A program made the translations under genes and the position numbers. The notes beneath the pieces are model-generated. The model was not told where the DNA came from, ran no database searches, and saw only the letters and a list, made by a program, of their open reading frames with translations. DNA of 64,000 bases, taken from assembly GCA_963681965.1 (NCBI GenBank), contig OY820579.1, positions 3,552,001 to 3,616,000 of the forward strand, in the 5' to 3' direction. The stretch is from a bacterium. GTDB lineage: Bacteria; Electryoneota; JAOADG01. Positions 1 to 10,475 of the stretch are shown piece by piece (positions within the stretch are counted from its first letter, which is position 1; each line of letters starts with the position of its first letter).

Positions 1-89
1 AAAGAATCGACTGACGACGATCACATTTGAATTTGTTATCAATCTGCCAACAATTTTATTACGCTGCGACCTCCCGATCAGTTTCAAAG

Positions 90-1850
90 TTACGCAGCCA
101 AATCGAATTGCAGACGGTACAGGCGGGAATAGATACCGTTGAGCCGGACAAGTTCTTGATGGGTGCCTTGTTCGCGAAGTTTCCCTTTGTGGAAGACCAT
201 AATCCGGTCGGCATGTTGTATCGTTGACAGCCGGTGTGCCACGACGATCGCGGTACGACCCGTCATGATGCGTTCCAAGCCGTGTTGCAGCAGATATTCA
301 GTTTCGCTATCTACGGAACTGGTCGCTTCATCGAGCAACAGCACTGCGGGATCGGTGACTAGTGCCCGAGCCAGTGACAACAACTGTTTTTGTCCGACCG
401 ATAAATTGACGCCACGTTCGAGTAACATCGTGTCGTAACCCTGCGGTAATTCGCGGATGAAACTATCAGCGCCAACTTCCCGGGCTGCCCACTCAATGCG
501 CTCTCGCGAAACCGAAGTGTCGGAAAGTGCCAGATTTTCTGCAACTGTTCCCGCAAAAAGATACACATCTTGCAATACAACAGCCATTTGACCGCGTAAC
601 TCGCGAGGATCGACGGTGCGCAATTCTTTCCCGTCGATCAGGATTTGCCCTTCCTGTATGTCGTAATGACGCCCGAGTAGTTGCAGTACTGTCGATTTTC
701 CGGCACCGGTTGCTCCAACCAATGCCACAGTTTCGCCGGGATTGATTTTGAACGATAAGTCGCGTAGAACCGGCACTCCGTCGACATAGCTGAAGTTGAC
801 ATCTTTAAATTCGATGTCGCCGCTCACTCTTCCGAGAGCTTTCGGTTGAGCCGGCGGTTCGATCGCTAACGGTTCGTCGAGAATATTGAATACTCGTTCG
901 GCTCCGGCGAATGCCGATTGCAGGACGTTATACTTTTCACTCAAATCACGGATCGGTCGGAAGAAACGTTCACCGTACTGCAGAAATGCAACCAGCGCAC
1001 CGATCGTAACCGCACCGTGTAGAATCTGCCAGCCTCCGACGACCATCACAGCCGCGATGGCGGTGGTGCTGATCATATCGACAATCGGGAAGAATAGCGC
1101 AAAAAAGAATATCGTGCGGAGCTGCGCATGCTTCAGGCTCTGCGAAATATCGCCAAACTGTTCGGCATTGCGCTGTTCGCGTAAAAACAGTTTTACGACC
1201 TTAATTCCGGTAATCGATTCCTGTAAATAAGTATTCGTTCGGGTAATTTCGGCTCGCATGGCTCGATAAGCATCGCGCATATATTTGCGGAGCATGATTG
1301 TGATCGTGACAAGGATCGGCATCACGATCACAGTCACGATCGCGAGTTTCCAATTGATGTAAACCAAAATTCCGAGAATTCCCAGAAGACTGAGCACATC
1401 CCCGATCAGACCGACGAAACTGGCACCGAATAACTCCGCCATCGCCGCCACATCGGATGTGACACGGGTCATCAATTTTCCGACCGGATTTCGATCGAAA
1501 AACGCTAACGATTGATATTGAAATCGGCTAAACACTTTTTTCCGCAGATCCCAGACAATGCGGTTGCCGAACCATCCCGAAATCAGCGTTTCGGAATATC
1601 GAAACAGGTGTCCAGTAGCGTTAATGACGACATACCCAATCACTAACCAGAAAAGAGTGTGAAAGTCGTGCTGGGGAATTGCCTGATCGATTGCTCGCTT
1701 GGTCAGTAGCGGACCAACCAACTCCAACGACGTGCCGATCAACATACAGACAACGCTGATGGAGAAACCGCGCCGATAAGGTTTCGCGTACGGGAGAATG
1801 CGCTTGAACAGTGCCCAATCGAAAGTTTTACCCATGACGGATTCAGCCAT
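90..1850 (-). CDS. ABC exporter subunit (TMD+NBD) of a heterodimeric multidrug/lipid exporter
   Basis: Walker A GATGAGKS, degenerate signature LSVGQ, Walker B LLLDEAT, H-loop AHR. Start MAESV at 1850 overlaps the upstream stop (TAATG). Confidence 0.92.
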   Translation of the reverse strand: MAESVMGKTFDWALFKRILPYAKPYRRGFSISVVCMLIGTSLELVGPLLTKRAIDQAIPQHDFHTLFWLVIGYVVINATGHLFRYSETLISGWFGNRIVWDLRKKVFSRFQYQSLAFFDRNPVGKLMTRVTSDVAAMAELFGASFVGLIGDVLSLLGILGILVYINWKLAIVTVIVMPILVTITIMLRKYMRDAYRAMRAEITRTNTYLQESITGIKVVKLFLREQRNAEQFGDISQSLKHAQLRTIFFFALFFPIVDMISTTAIAAVMVVGGWQILHGAVTIGALVAFLQYGERFFRPIRDLSEKYNVLQSAFAGAERVFNILDEPLAIEPPAQPKALGRVSGDIEFKDVNFSYVDGVPVLRDLSFKINPGETVALVGATGAGKSTVLQLLGRHYDIQEGQILIDGKELRTVDPRELRGQMAVVLQDVYLFAGTVAENLALSDTSVSRERIEWAAREVGADSFIRELPQGYDTMLLERGVNLSVGQKQLLSLARALVTDPAVLLLDEATSSVDSETEYLLQHGLERIMTGRTAIVVAHRLSTIQHADRIMVFHKGKLREQGTHQELVRLNGIYSRLYRLQFDLAA

Positions 1851-3595
1851 TATGCCACCTCCGCCAATTCTTCGGTTAGCCGTTGCCGTTCTACCAATTC
1901 GGCAAACGGTCCCGCTTCCTGCGCCAGCAACCGGGGATCGCCGTATTGCACAATTTGACCGCGATCCAGTACCAGCACTGCATCGCAATTCATTACAGTC
2001 GAAGTTCGGTGTGCGATAATGACGGTTGTCCGTCCCTTCATGTACTCTTCAAGTGAATTCAAGATGGCACGTTCCGTAGCAGTATCGACGTTGGCAAGCG
2101 GATCGTCCAGCACCAATATTCGCGGATCGATCAAGAGCGCCCGGGCAATTGCGACTCGTTGTTTTTGTCCACCGGAAAGTGTCACTCCCCGCTCCCCAAC
2201 CAGCGATTTATAGCCGTCGGACAATTGATCGATGTCCTTACTCAGTGCTGCTAGATGGGATGACGATTCGATACGATCGGGTGCGGCATCGATCTTTCCA
2301 AACGCGATATTCTCGGCAACCGAGGCACTGAACAAGAATGCTTCCTGCGGTACGAAACCGATTTGGCTGCGTAACAGTGGAAGCGGATAATTACCCAATT
2401 CAACACCATCGCACCGGATTGAACCAGCCGATGGTTCGTAGAGGCGCGCAATCAGAGACGCAATCGTTGATTTGCCACTTCCGGTACGTCCAACGATACC
2501 CAGTGATCCACCTGATGGTATCGTGAAACTGACATCTTGGATCGCTGCCGTACGGTCTTCGGTGTATTGCAAAGTGACATGATCGAATTGCAATTCACCT
2601 ACGATGTCTTTCCGGACAACACCAGTATCAATTTCCGGTTCTTCCAGGAGAATTCGGTAAATCCGTGCCCACGATGCCAATCCGCGCTGGATGAGATTGG
2701 CAGTCCAGCCAATGGCAATGATCGGCCAAGCCAACAGACCGAGATAGGAAACAAATGCGACAAAGGTACCGAGTGAGATTACATCTTGTGCAAGCAGATG
2801 ACCGCCATACCAAAGGATTGCCACGAAACCGAATGAGAACAACACACCCATTACCGGACCGTACATCGCATCGACTTTCAATAACCGGTAGGATCGGCGG
2901 AAAAACTCTTTATTATGTACTTCCATCCGTTCGACTTCGCGCTCTTCCTGGGCATAGGCGCGAATGACGCGGGCACCAGCAAGATTGTCTTGCACCGCGG
3001 CGGATAGTTCGCTGTACTTTTCCTGTTGTTCGTCAGTCCGTTGAAATTCGGCTTGTCCAAGAAACCAGATTGCCACCGCACCGATCGGTATGAGCACAAT
3101 TACCGCCAGTGTTAACGAATGGGATAGCATCACCATAACCGTGAACCCGACGATCATGGTGACAAAAGTATTGGCTAAGTACATCAACGCCGGACCGGTC
3201 ATCATCCGGATATTTTCGATATCTGAGGTAGCTCGGGACATCAGATCGCCAGTCCGGTTCTTATCGAAGAATTTGGCAGGTAGCGATAGCAAACGCTGGA
3301 AGTAACTGGTGCGAAGATCGAATTCGACATCGCGGGAAACACCGACGACTGTCATCCGCATATAGTACCGCAGGACGCCTCGGGCTGAGGCGAGGAAAAC
3401 CAGAATACCACCGTAAAACCAGATTGTTTTCCAAATGAAGGGGTGCTGGAACGTGTCAAAGGCTGTTTTCAGGACGTAAGGGGCGATCGCATCGAAGCTG
3501 TTGGCAACTAAAGCAAACCCCAAACCGAGGAAGAGGTTTTTACGGTGAGGTTTGATTAAATTGAGTAGTGCTTTTTTTTCCGAAATGGTCGTCAA
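1850..3595 (-). CDS. ABC exporter partner subunit (BmrCD/TM287-288-type heterodimer)
   Basis: N-terminal TM domain, GRTGSGKS, LSGGQ, Walker B LVLDD (Glu replaced by Asp, a degenerate site complementary to the partner). Confidence 0.92.
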   Translation of the reverse strand: MTTISEKKALLNLIKPHRKNLFLGLGFALVANSFDAIAPYVLKTAFDTFQHPFIWKTIWFYGGILVFLASARGVLRYYMRMTVVGVSRDVEFDLRTSYFQRLLSLPAKFFDKNRTGDLMSRATSDIENIRMMTGPALMYLANTFVTMIVGFTVMVMLSHSLTLAVIVLIPIGAVAIWFLGQAEFQRTDEQQEKYSELSAAVQDNLAGARVIRAYAQEEREVERMEVHNKEFFRRSYRLLKVDAMYGPVMGVLFSFGFVAILWYGGHLLAQDVISLGTFVAFVSYLGLLAWPIIAIGWTANLIQRGLASWARIYRILLEEPEIDTGVVRKDIVGELQFDHVTLQYTEDRTAAIQDVSFTIPSGGSLGIVGRTGSGKSTIASLIARLYEPSAGSIRCDGVELGNYPLPLLRSQIGFVPQEAFLFSASVAENIAFGKIDAAPDRIESSSHLAALSKDIDQLSDGYKSLVGERGVTLSGGQKQRVAIARALLIDPRILVLDDPLANVDTATERAILNSLEEYMKGRTTVIIAHRTSTVMNCDAVLVLDRGQIVQYGDPRLLAQEAGPFAELVERQRLTEELAEVA

Positions 3596-3732
3596 CGGGA
3601 ATTCCTTCGATAGCGAGCTAGATTAATAATACGCAGATCGACTCCGGTTTTGAAATTTACTCTGAGTTATCTCCGGTAAGAACGATCATTCATCTGAACA
3701 ACCGATTAATAAATTGGATAATAGGACCAAGA

Positions 3733-4839
3733 TTGCTGGAAATATTCGCGATTCTTCTGGTTTTTACGCTCCTGGGTCTCATTTGGCTGGCTCAGGGGTA
3801 TTTCCGCTTCGATCGACACGATCCGGGGAAGTACCCATCGTTGGAAATTCTGTTGACCTGTCACAATGAGGCAGAAGTCCTTCCGGAATTACTCGAGGCA
3901 GTTGCCGAATTGAATTGGAGTTCGCTTCAACCGCTTCGGATCGCTGTGATCGACGATCGATCGACCGACAGTACCCGGGAGTTAATGCTGGCATTTGTCG
4001 AACAGGATCCCGAACACCGCCGCTTGGTCGCAGTCGAGCAAGACGAAGCACCGGAGGTGGAAGCGCGGAAGAAGTATGCTTTATCGAAAGCAATCGAATC
4101 GACCACTGCTGACTGGGTCTTGACGCTGGATGCCGACAGCCGCCCGTATTCCGAATGGTTACTGGCGCTATTTTGCGGGTGGAACAAGGAGTGGATTGCC
4201 ATCGTTCCCGGCTTCCGATTCACTGAAGGAACTGGCTTCTGGGGTGGCTTCCGGCGATTGGAAGCGGTGGTTCAAAGTTTCCTGATGCGATCGGCAATAC
4301 AGCGAGGATGGCCACTCTCTGCAATCGGTGCCGGATTTGCCTACCGAGTATCGGCGTTTCGCGAAGTCGGCGGTTTTACTGGCAAGATCGGCGAACGGAT
4401 CTCCGGCGACGACGATCTGCTACTGCACAAATTCGCTACCATTCGGGGCAAGATCATCTCAAAGGTGGGCAACGATGTCGCGTTGGCAGTCTTGGATCGG
4501 GATCCCGGCAAGTACTGGCGGGCACGTACCCGGCACTATTCGGTCGCACCGGATTACCCATTGTTCTGGAAGGTTTTTGGGTTGTTGGTAGTTCCCGGTG
4601 CCCTAATTGCACCCATCCATTTTATTTTAACAATCAACGCAGCATTCAAGGAAATTAATCTCTTTTTACTCCCATCCATATTATTGCTACTTTTTGAGTA
4701 TATTGTCGTTCGAGAAGTCTCCCGGCATACTGCAACTTCCCTCGAGTGGTGGCATCCCGCGGTGTTGTTTTTTGGTTTCCCGCTATGGGCGTTGACGCTA
4801 GTTTGGCACTCGTTTCGACGTAAACCCGGTTGGTCATGA
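3733..4839 (+). CDS. GT2 family glycosyltransferase, membrane-anchored
   Basis: CHNE, DDRSTD, LDAD and GDDDL motifs; N- and C-terminal TM helices. Confidence 0.85.
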   Translation: MLEIFAILLVFTLLGLIWLAQGYFRFDRHDPGKYPSLEILLTCHNEAEVLPELLEAVAELNWSSLQPLRIAVIDDRSTDSTRELMLAFVEQDPEHRRLVAVEQDEAPEVEARKKYALSKAIESTTADWVLTLDADSRPYSEWLLALFCGWNKEWIAIVPGFRFTEGTGFWGGFRRLEAVVQSFLMRSAIQRGWPLSAIGAGFAYRVSAFREVGGFTGKIGERISGDDDLLLHKFATIRGKIISKVGNDVALAVLDRDPGKYWRARTRHYSVAPDYPLFWKVFGLLVVPGALIAPIHFILTINAAFKEINLFLLPSILLLLFEYIVVREVSRHTATSLEWWHPAVLFFGFPLWALTLVWHSFRRKPGWS

Positions 4840-5777
4840 AAGTTTTACACAAGATTCAAAGCAAACTCCACTGGTTTACCTTTCCGCTCGCGATCGGTTT
4901 GGTCTATATCGTCGTCACCAAAGTCGGTTGGCAGATCTTCTTTCAGGCATTGCATAACTTCTCGCCGTTTATCTGGATTCTCACAATCTGTTGCACCTTC
5001 CTTGAACTCTATGTTCAATTACTTCGAAGCTGGGTGATGCTGAAGGTCGATATCCCTGGTTTAACCTTCAAAACAGTCGCCAAAGCAGGACTAGCAGCCT
5101 TCAGCGCTGGATCATTCACTCCCGGTCGGGTGGGGGATGGCGCCTTAATACTGTTAATTCCCGGTGCGACCGCGCGAGCGGTTGGCATTGCGCTGGTCGA
5201 CCGAATGATGTTCTGGCCGCCGATGCATATGCTGGGAACGATTGCCTTGGGCATCTTGTTCTATCCGAGTTTCGGCATCAATATTGTCTGGCTATCGATC
5301 ATCATCGCAGTCGGTTACTTCATCGTAATGGAAATCGTTTTCCATATCACCCGTACCCACCACGAAACCCATTCCTCGAAAAAGTTCATCCGCGAGTTGT
5401 ATATGGGCTTCACCTCTTTACCACGAAAAACCTATCGGCTCGGGTTATTGCTTGGATTTGCACAGTACTTTGTGATTTTAATCCAATTTCAAATTGGATT
5501 GGTTGCGATTGGTCGCGATGTCAGTTTCATGCAAGCCGGAATCATGTTCGGCAGTCTGCAATTACTCCGAAGTTTCTTCGCATTTACCCCCGGGAACCTT
5601 GGTATCAGCGAAGTGGTCGGAATGAAATTGGGTGAATTTGCCGGAATGGCACCGGACACGCTCCCGATGGTCACTTTTCCGTTTTTCCTGACGAACACCG
5701 TCATTCCCGCTTTGATCGGCTTCCCGTTGTGGGTTTCGATGAGCCGTAATCTGAAGAATCAGCACAAACATGATTGA
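4836..5777 (+). CDS. Lysylphosphatidylglycerol synthase TM-domain (flippase-like) membrane protein
   Basis: Polytopic, with TPGRVGD and TPGNLGISE motifs; ATGA overlap with the upstream gene. Confidence 0.8.
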   Translation: MKVLHKIQSKLHWFTFPLAIGLVYIVVTKVGWQIFFQALHNFSPFIWILTICCTFLELYVQLLRSWVMLKVDIPGLTFKTVAKAGLAAFSAGSFTPGRVGDGALILLIPGATARAVGIALVDRMMFWPPMHMLGTIALGILFYPSFGINIVWLSIIIAVGYFIVMEIVFHITRTHHETHSSKKFIRELYMGFTSLPRKTYRLGLLLGFAQYFVILIQFQIGLVAIGRDVSFMQAGIMFGSLQLLRSFFAFTPGNLGISEVVGMKLGEFAGMAPDTLPMVTFPFFLTNTVIPALIGFPLWVSMSRNLKNQHKHD

Positions 5778-6876
5778 GGGATGGGCACTTTGGCTACTTG
5801 GGTCGGTCGGTGCCTATCTATTAATCGCGATTACCTCGTTAATCGGCTGGTTTCGCAATACCGTTCCCCGACACCCGGCAGCACTCCCGATTCACATTTT
5901 AATTCCAGCCCATAACGAAGCTGATTGCATCGGCTGTTTATTAGAAGATTTGACCAAACAAGAACTTCCCCCCAATTTTCCGTACCGCATTATCGTTGTA
6001 GACGATCGATCGACCGATAGCACTACTCAGATCGTGGAAAAGTACTTGCATCGTCTCCCGATCGAGTTATTACGCATTGAGAAGCTACCAGACGGAATTC
6101 ATGGCAAGCTCCATGCAATGATGAAGGCAACGGAAAACCTCACCGAGGGGAGTGTCTTGATGGTAGACGCCGATTGCCGGGTCGGTCCGCGATGGATCAC
6201 TGCGATCACGCAAGAGGCAGGTGTCGGTGGTGCGGTAGGTCCGGTATTCGAAATCGGACGCAATCGGAACTTGATCAAAGAGATTCTTACCGATGATCAG
6301 GGCGGGATCACGTTCGCAGCAATGGGCTTGATCGCCAGTGGTTATCCACTGACAGCATCGACGGCGAATATGTTAATTCCAGTTAGTGCCATCCGCGATG
6401 GACTGTGGGATCGCGTTGGCGTCGATGGTACCGGCGAAGATGGACGAATTCTGCAAGATCAGTTTTTTCGTGGTCTGCCGATGCGGGCAGTGATTCATCC
6501 CGATGCTGGCGTCGTTACCTATCTGGCACCGACCTACCGCCACACGGCAGCGAGCCGCCGACGCTGGTATCAGGATGCACTTACTTACCGCCGATCGGTG
6601 CAATTTACCCATATTATCATTGGATTGACGCTGCTCGGTCTGGCATCGGCAATTCCAGCACTATTTGTTCCGGTGGTATGGAAATACGGTTTGGCTGTTG
6701 TACTCTTAAAATTACTGAACGATTTTATTGTGTGGTGCGTCGTCAATCCGAAATTTCCCTATTTCACCTTGCGTTCGGTTTTTCTCTGGTCGCCGATCGA
6801 AGCTTGGATTTTAATTTCCTACGCACTCATACCCGCTCCACCAAAAACCCAACATAGCCGGGGGTTCAGCGATTAA
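5770..6876 (+). CDS. GT2 family glycosyltransferase
   Basis: IPAHNE, DDRSTD, VDAD, GED and RRRW motifs. Confidence 0.85.
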   Translation: MIEGWALWLLGSVGAYLLIAITSLIGWFRNTVPRHPAALPIHILIPAHNEADCIGCLLEDLTKQELPPNFPYRIIVVDDRSTDSTTQIVEKYLHRLPIELLRIEKLPDGIHGKLHAMMKATENLTEGSVLMVDADCRVGPRWITAITQEAGVGGAVGPVFEIGRNRNLIKEILTDDQGGITFAAMGLIASGYPLTASTANMLIPVSAIRDGLWDRVGVDGTGEDGRILQDQFFRGLPMRAVIHPDAGVVTYLAPTYRHTAASRRRWYQDALTYRRSVQFTHIIIGLTLLGLASAIPALFVPVVWKYGLAVVLLKLLNDFIVWCVVNPKFPYFTLRSVFLWSPIEAWILISYALIPAPPKTQHSRGFSD

Positions 6877-7529
6877 TGGAGTTCACTTATCCGCTTAAGT
6901 TCAGTCGTTGGTACCGGTTACTGCCATCACTGGTACTGAACTTCACTACATCGGAAAGAGAACTATGGCTGACATTCGACGACGGTCCGGTCAGTCGAGA
7001 CACCGGTTGGACACTATCCGAACTAGCACGCCATTCGATTAAAAGTACGTTCTTTGTTCTGACTGATCGCGCAATCGGGAATAAGTCGCTGCTGACCGAT
7101 GCGCTTGCGGCAGGACATGAAATCGGTCTTCATGGCTGGCATCATCGTCGGCAATTATTATCAAATCCCACTAAAACCTATGCCGAATGGTGCGATTCGC
7201 GCAATCGTATCGAACAAATGCTGGGCTGTCCCATTCATCGGATCCGTCCTCCCTATGCCGTACCGCCTCTAGCGATTTGGTCGCAACTGATTCAAGCCGG
7301 GATGCGTCCGATATATCTCACTTGGATGTTGGGGGATTTTATCGCGACATTACCGGTATCGGCGACTGTCGACAATTTGATGCCGAAGTTGCGACCCGGA
7401 GATATTTTATTAATGCACGATGGTGGACCGGCACCTGAGACATTTCGAAAAATGCTGCCGCTTTTACTGGAACAAGCTGTGGATAGTGGTTGGCGGTTTA
7501 CCATACCCGACGAACGACTTTTACAATGA
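6876..7529 (+). CDS. Polysaccharide deacetylase (NodB/CE4)
   Basis: LTFDDGP, HGWHH, RPPY and LMHDG motifs intact. Confidence 0.9.
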   Translation: MEFTYPLKFSRWYRLLPSLVLNFTTSERELWLTFDDGPVSRDTGWTLSELARHSIKSTFFVLTDRAIGNKSLLTDALAAGHEIGLHGWHHRRQLLSNPTKTYAEWCDSRNRIEQMLGCPIHRIRPPYAVPPLAIWSQLIQAGMRPIYLTWMLGDFIATLPVSATVDNLMPKLRPGDILLMHDGGPAPETFRKMLPLLLEQAVDSGWRFTIPDERLLQ

Positions 7530-8662
7530 CTGTTTTTTTTCTGTTGCTACTCTCAATCTTCGCTATCGTTTATTCGTTAGCGTTTTTGCTCGGTTTCTTC
7601 GCTACGCTGCTCGATCCGTGGCGACCGCACAAGCGCGAGGAACCGGTGAGTGTGGTGTTATGTGCCCGCGACGAGGAACACAATCTCCCAGCGACACTGC
7701 TAGCGCTGGAACAACAGGATTACCCCACCGATTTAATCGAATTTATTCTGATCGACCACAACTCCAGCGATCGAACTTATCAACTATTCAGTGAATTTGT
7801 CGCACGCGATCCGGCTCATCGGAAAGTGATCAAGATCGCCGACGAGATCGAAGGATTGCGCGGAAAGGCAGCGCCGTGGCATGCCGGAATGCTGGAAGCG
7901 AGTCATTCGATTGTCTTGACGACCGGTGCCGATTGTATCGTTCCTCAGCAATGGATTAGCCGAACGGTAGCACTATTCGACGAGAAGACGCAAATCGTCA
8001 GCGGTGCGGCTTTGCTGATCCACAGCGACCGGATGAACGGTCTCTATGCTCGCACCCAAAATCTCGATATGATGTTGATTCAAGGAATGGGCTACTGTTT
8101 GTCGGTGCTGGGATTTGGTGGTGCAGGTTTATCGAACAACTACGCTTTGCGCCGGGAAGCCTATCTGAAGACGGGTGGATTTCCAGCGATCGGGTTTTCG
8201 ATTTGTGAAGATGTCCGGCTCTCGAATGCCATTTTAAAAATCTACGGCACTAAATCGCTGCGCTATCATCTCGACCGCAATGCAACCCCGACCACCGATC
8301 CGGAACCGATCCGAAGGTTGGCTAATATGAAAATACGGTGGTCGATGGGAACGCGTCGATTGGGTGCCGGCGGCTTATCGATGATCGGCGTCGCGTTCTT
8401 TGCTCACTTGCTGGTGCCACTATTTGCGATCTTCGGTTCGGGCGCAGTTCGCGAGAGTGCGCTATTTACCATCATTGCCGGATGGTGTTTCAATGCATTA
8501 TTTGTTCTCGGAATTTCAGTACGTATGAAACGCACCACGGACCTGATCGCCCTCCCCATCTTCCTGCCCTATTTCTGGATTTATACTTCACTGCTACTGA
8601 TCCCGGTCTGGCTCAGATTACCGGTCCGCTGGAAAGGATTGTGGGTGCGGGAACCTAAGTGA
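7526..8662 (+). CDS. GT2 family glycosyltransferase
   Basis: CARDEE, DHNSSD, TGAD (altered DxD), CED, IRW and terminal VRWKG; ATGA overlap at 7526. Confidence 0.85.
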   Translation: MTVFFLLLLSIFAIVYSLAFLLGFFATLLDPWRPHKREEPVSVVLCARDEEHNLPATLLALEQQDYPTDLIEFILIDHNSSDRTYQLFSEFVARDPAHRKVIKIADEIEGLRGKAAPWHAGMLEASHSIVLTTGADCIVPQQWISRTVALFDEKTQIVSGAALLIHSDRMNGLYARTQNLDMMLIQGMGYCLSVLGFGGAGLSNNYALRREAYLKTGGFPAIGFSICEDVRLSNAILKIYGTKSLRYHLDRNATPTTDPEPIRRLANMKIRWSMGTRRLGAGGLSMIGVAFFAHLLVPLFAIFGSGAVRESALFTIIAGWCFNALFVLGISVRMKRTTDLIALPIFLPYFWIYTSLLLIPVWLRLPVRWKGLWVREPK

Positions 8663-8744
8663 TTTATTGTGAGATTTGTTCCTGATAGAGTAGAAACGCA
8701 GAACGGAACCAATTGGTAGATTATCTCAAATCGAAGAATATAAA

Positions 8745-8771
8745 AACAAGGGTACCATCGGTACCCTTGTT
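8745..8771. terminator. Probable bidirectional intrinsic terminator
   Basis: Perfect 12-bp stem AACAAGGGTACC-ATC-GGTACCCTTGTT between convergent genes. Confidence 0.8.
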
Positions 8772-8797
8772 CAGTTTCTTACTGATTTAATTTTTCT

Positions 8798-9403
8798 CTA
8801 CGCCTTCGTTACGACAAATTCGCCATATTCATCGCCGCATTCAATCCCTTTGGTCTGAACGCACTGGAATGTACGCAAACCCGATTTTCCGTCGGGATCG
8901 TAGGCACCACCATACGCCAGATCCATAAAAGCGGCTGCGACACCACGGATCATGTAGGCATTCATCTTGGACGAAGTACCATAACTTACGGTATCGGATT
9001 CATAATAGTCGTAAGCACGAACCACCATCTTTTCACCCGGGATCAATTCGACAATTTCGCTCTTTGCCCAACCCCAAGCGGTGAATACGGCAAACGCACC
9101 ATGTAGAATATCTTCCGGAACTTTCTCAATCATCGGTGCGACAACTGATTTCCACTCATCGGACGTTATGATACCGTACCCAGTATGATACCCGCATTCA
9201 TGTGCAGCGTTTTCCAATAGAAATTCCGCAGCCGGTAACATTTCGGTTCCAACTTTGCGCGTCAGACGGTCGGCAAACCCATTCCAGAATGTCGCGGGAA
9301 GTCGATTGACAAATACATTAAATCCGGGGATCAAACCGTCTGAGTTTTCCTGTACTTGAATTTTCGACAAGGCTTCAATTACTCTTTTACGATCGATAGC
9401 CAT
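8798..9403 (-). CDS. V4R-like domain protein
   Basis: AWGWAKSEI helix-strand pattern and C-terminal CVQTKGIECGDEYGEFVV, typical of the V4R/H-NOX/Bet3-like fold. Confidence 0.65.
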   Translation of the reverse strand: MAIDRKRVIEALSKIQVQENSDGLIPGFNVFVNRLPATFWNGFADRLTRKVGTEMLPAAEFLLENAAHECGYHTGYGIITSDEWKSVVAPMIEKVPEDILHGAFAVFTAWGWAKSEIVELIPGEKMVVRAYDYYESDTVSYGTSSKMNAYMIRGVAAAFMDLAYGGAYDPDGKSGLRTFQCVQTKGIECGDEYGEFVVTKA

Positions 9404-9415
9404 CGGAATCTCCTT

Positions 9416-9952
9416 TCAAATTGCCGCTACTTCGAATTTGGATGAAGGGGCACCGCAGACAATACTTGCGGATTCCACGGAATTGTAGGAGCGAGCAGGC
9501 TTATCGAAAATTGCCGCGAACATCGCATTGATAAAGCCCTGTCCGATAAAATTTATCGGTCGATCGTGTTTGCCCCACTTCTTGATCCATCCTTCGTCGA
9601 CATGTGAATGAATCAGTTCGATCTCTCCGGAATCGGTACCGGCATAAGACACATTCATCTTACCCAAACCGAAAAATGCAAAGAATTGTTCCGCAATTGA
9701 AATGCGATCGGCAATTGCTTCAATTCCCTCGTCATCGAAATAATCGACGAAAATGGGATAAAAGGAATCCTCGGCAACCTCAGCCAATAGTTTTTTGGCA
9801 TCGAGCAATGAGCAATCTTCTGCCAACTGCGAGTAGAGTGACATATAGTGATGACAATGCAACACGGTCGTCACACCATTGAACGATTGACGACACCGTT
9901 TCGGATCGAATTCGGGATTGATTGTCAATGCGACTTTTTTGATAACTGCCAT
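9416..9952 (-). CDS. V4R-like domain protein with LHCHHY motif
   Basis: FFGLGK and C-terminal ESASIVCGAPSSKFEV; AGGAG RBS before the ATG at 9952. Confidence 0.65.
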   Translation of the reverse strand: MAVIKKVALTINPEFDPKRCRQSFNGVTTVLHCHHYMSLYSQLAEDCSLLDAKKLLAEVAEDSFYPIFVDYFDDEGIEAIADRISIAEQFFAFFGLGKMNVSYAGTDSGEIELIHSHVDEGWIKKWGKHDRPINFIGQGFINAMFAAIFDKPARSYNSVESASIVCGAPSSKFEVAAI

Positions 9953-9963
9953 CGTCAATCTCC

Positions 9964-10155
9964 TTACACTTCCGGCGCATCTTTGCCGGTAATTTCTTTG
10001 AACGCATTCTTAAACTTCGTGATAGTTACGGGATCGTCGGGCACCAATGGCGCTTTATTCGACGGTATTCCAGTTTTCATCGCAAGTCGAACAGTAAAAA
10101 CTACACCGCCGGCACTTTCGATTTCTTTGAAATACTTCTCCAGTTTAACTCCCAT
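9964..10155 (-). CDS. Small hypothetical protein (63 aa) in the V4R operon
   Basis: GGAGG RBS and tight operon spacing. Confidence 0.75.
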   Translation of the reverse strand: MGVKLEKYFKEIESAGGVVFTVRLAMKTGIPSNKAPLVPDDPVTITKFKNAFKEITGKDAPEV

Positions 10156-10187
10156 GTTACCTCCTATCTCACCTCTCGTAGAATAAA

Positions 10188-10475
10188 TTAATCGACCGAA
10201 TTGAGAAACTCGATCAGTTGTAAATCAATTTCTTGGCGATTCGACTGAGGAAGAAAGATTCGCAGATATGCTTCACCTTCGATCCCCTTGATTTCAAAAC
10301 CAGTTTCACTGCGTACACGAAAGAAAGGACGGGGAAAATCCGTGAAATACTCCAAGATCCCCAGCTCTTTTAATCGCTCGATCCGGATTGTCGTCCAAAT
10401 AGTGTCGAGATGCCAAATCACTATGGCGCTACCATCGGTGCACTGGTCTACAATTTCAATCGTTGTTCGCTTCAT
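10188..10475 (-). CDS. Hypothetical protein (95 aa)
   Basis: ATGA overlap with the desulfurase gene; N-terminal CTDGS. Confidence 0.7.
   Translation of the reverse strand: MKRTTIEIVDQCTDGSAIVIWHLDTIWTTIRIERLKELGILEYFTDFPRPFFRVRSETGFEIKGIEGEAYLRIFLPQSNRQEIDLQLIEFLNSVD

Noticed and set aside
1851-1988. N-terminal extension of the first ABC ORF
   Set aside because: It overlaps the upstream CDS; the TAATG-coupled start at 1850 is more plausible.
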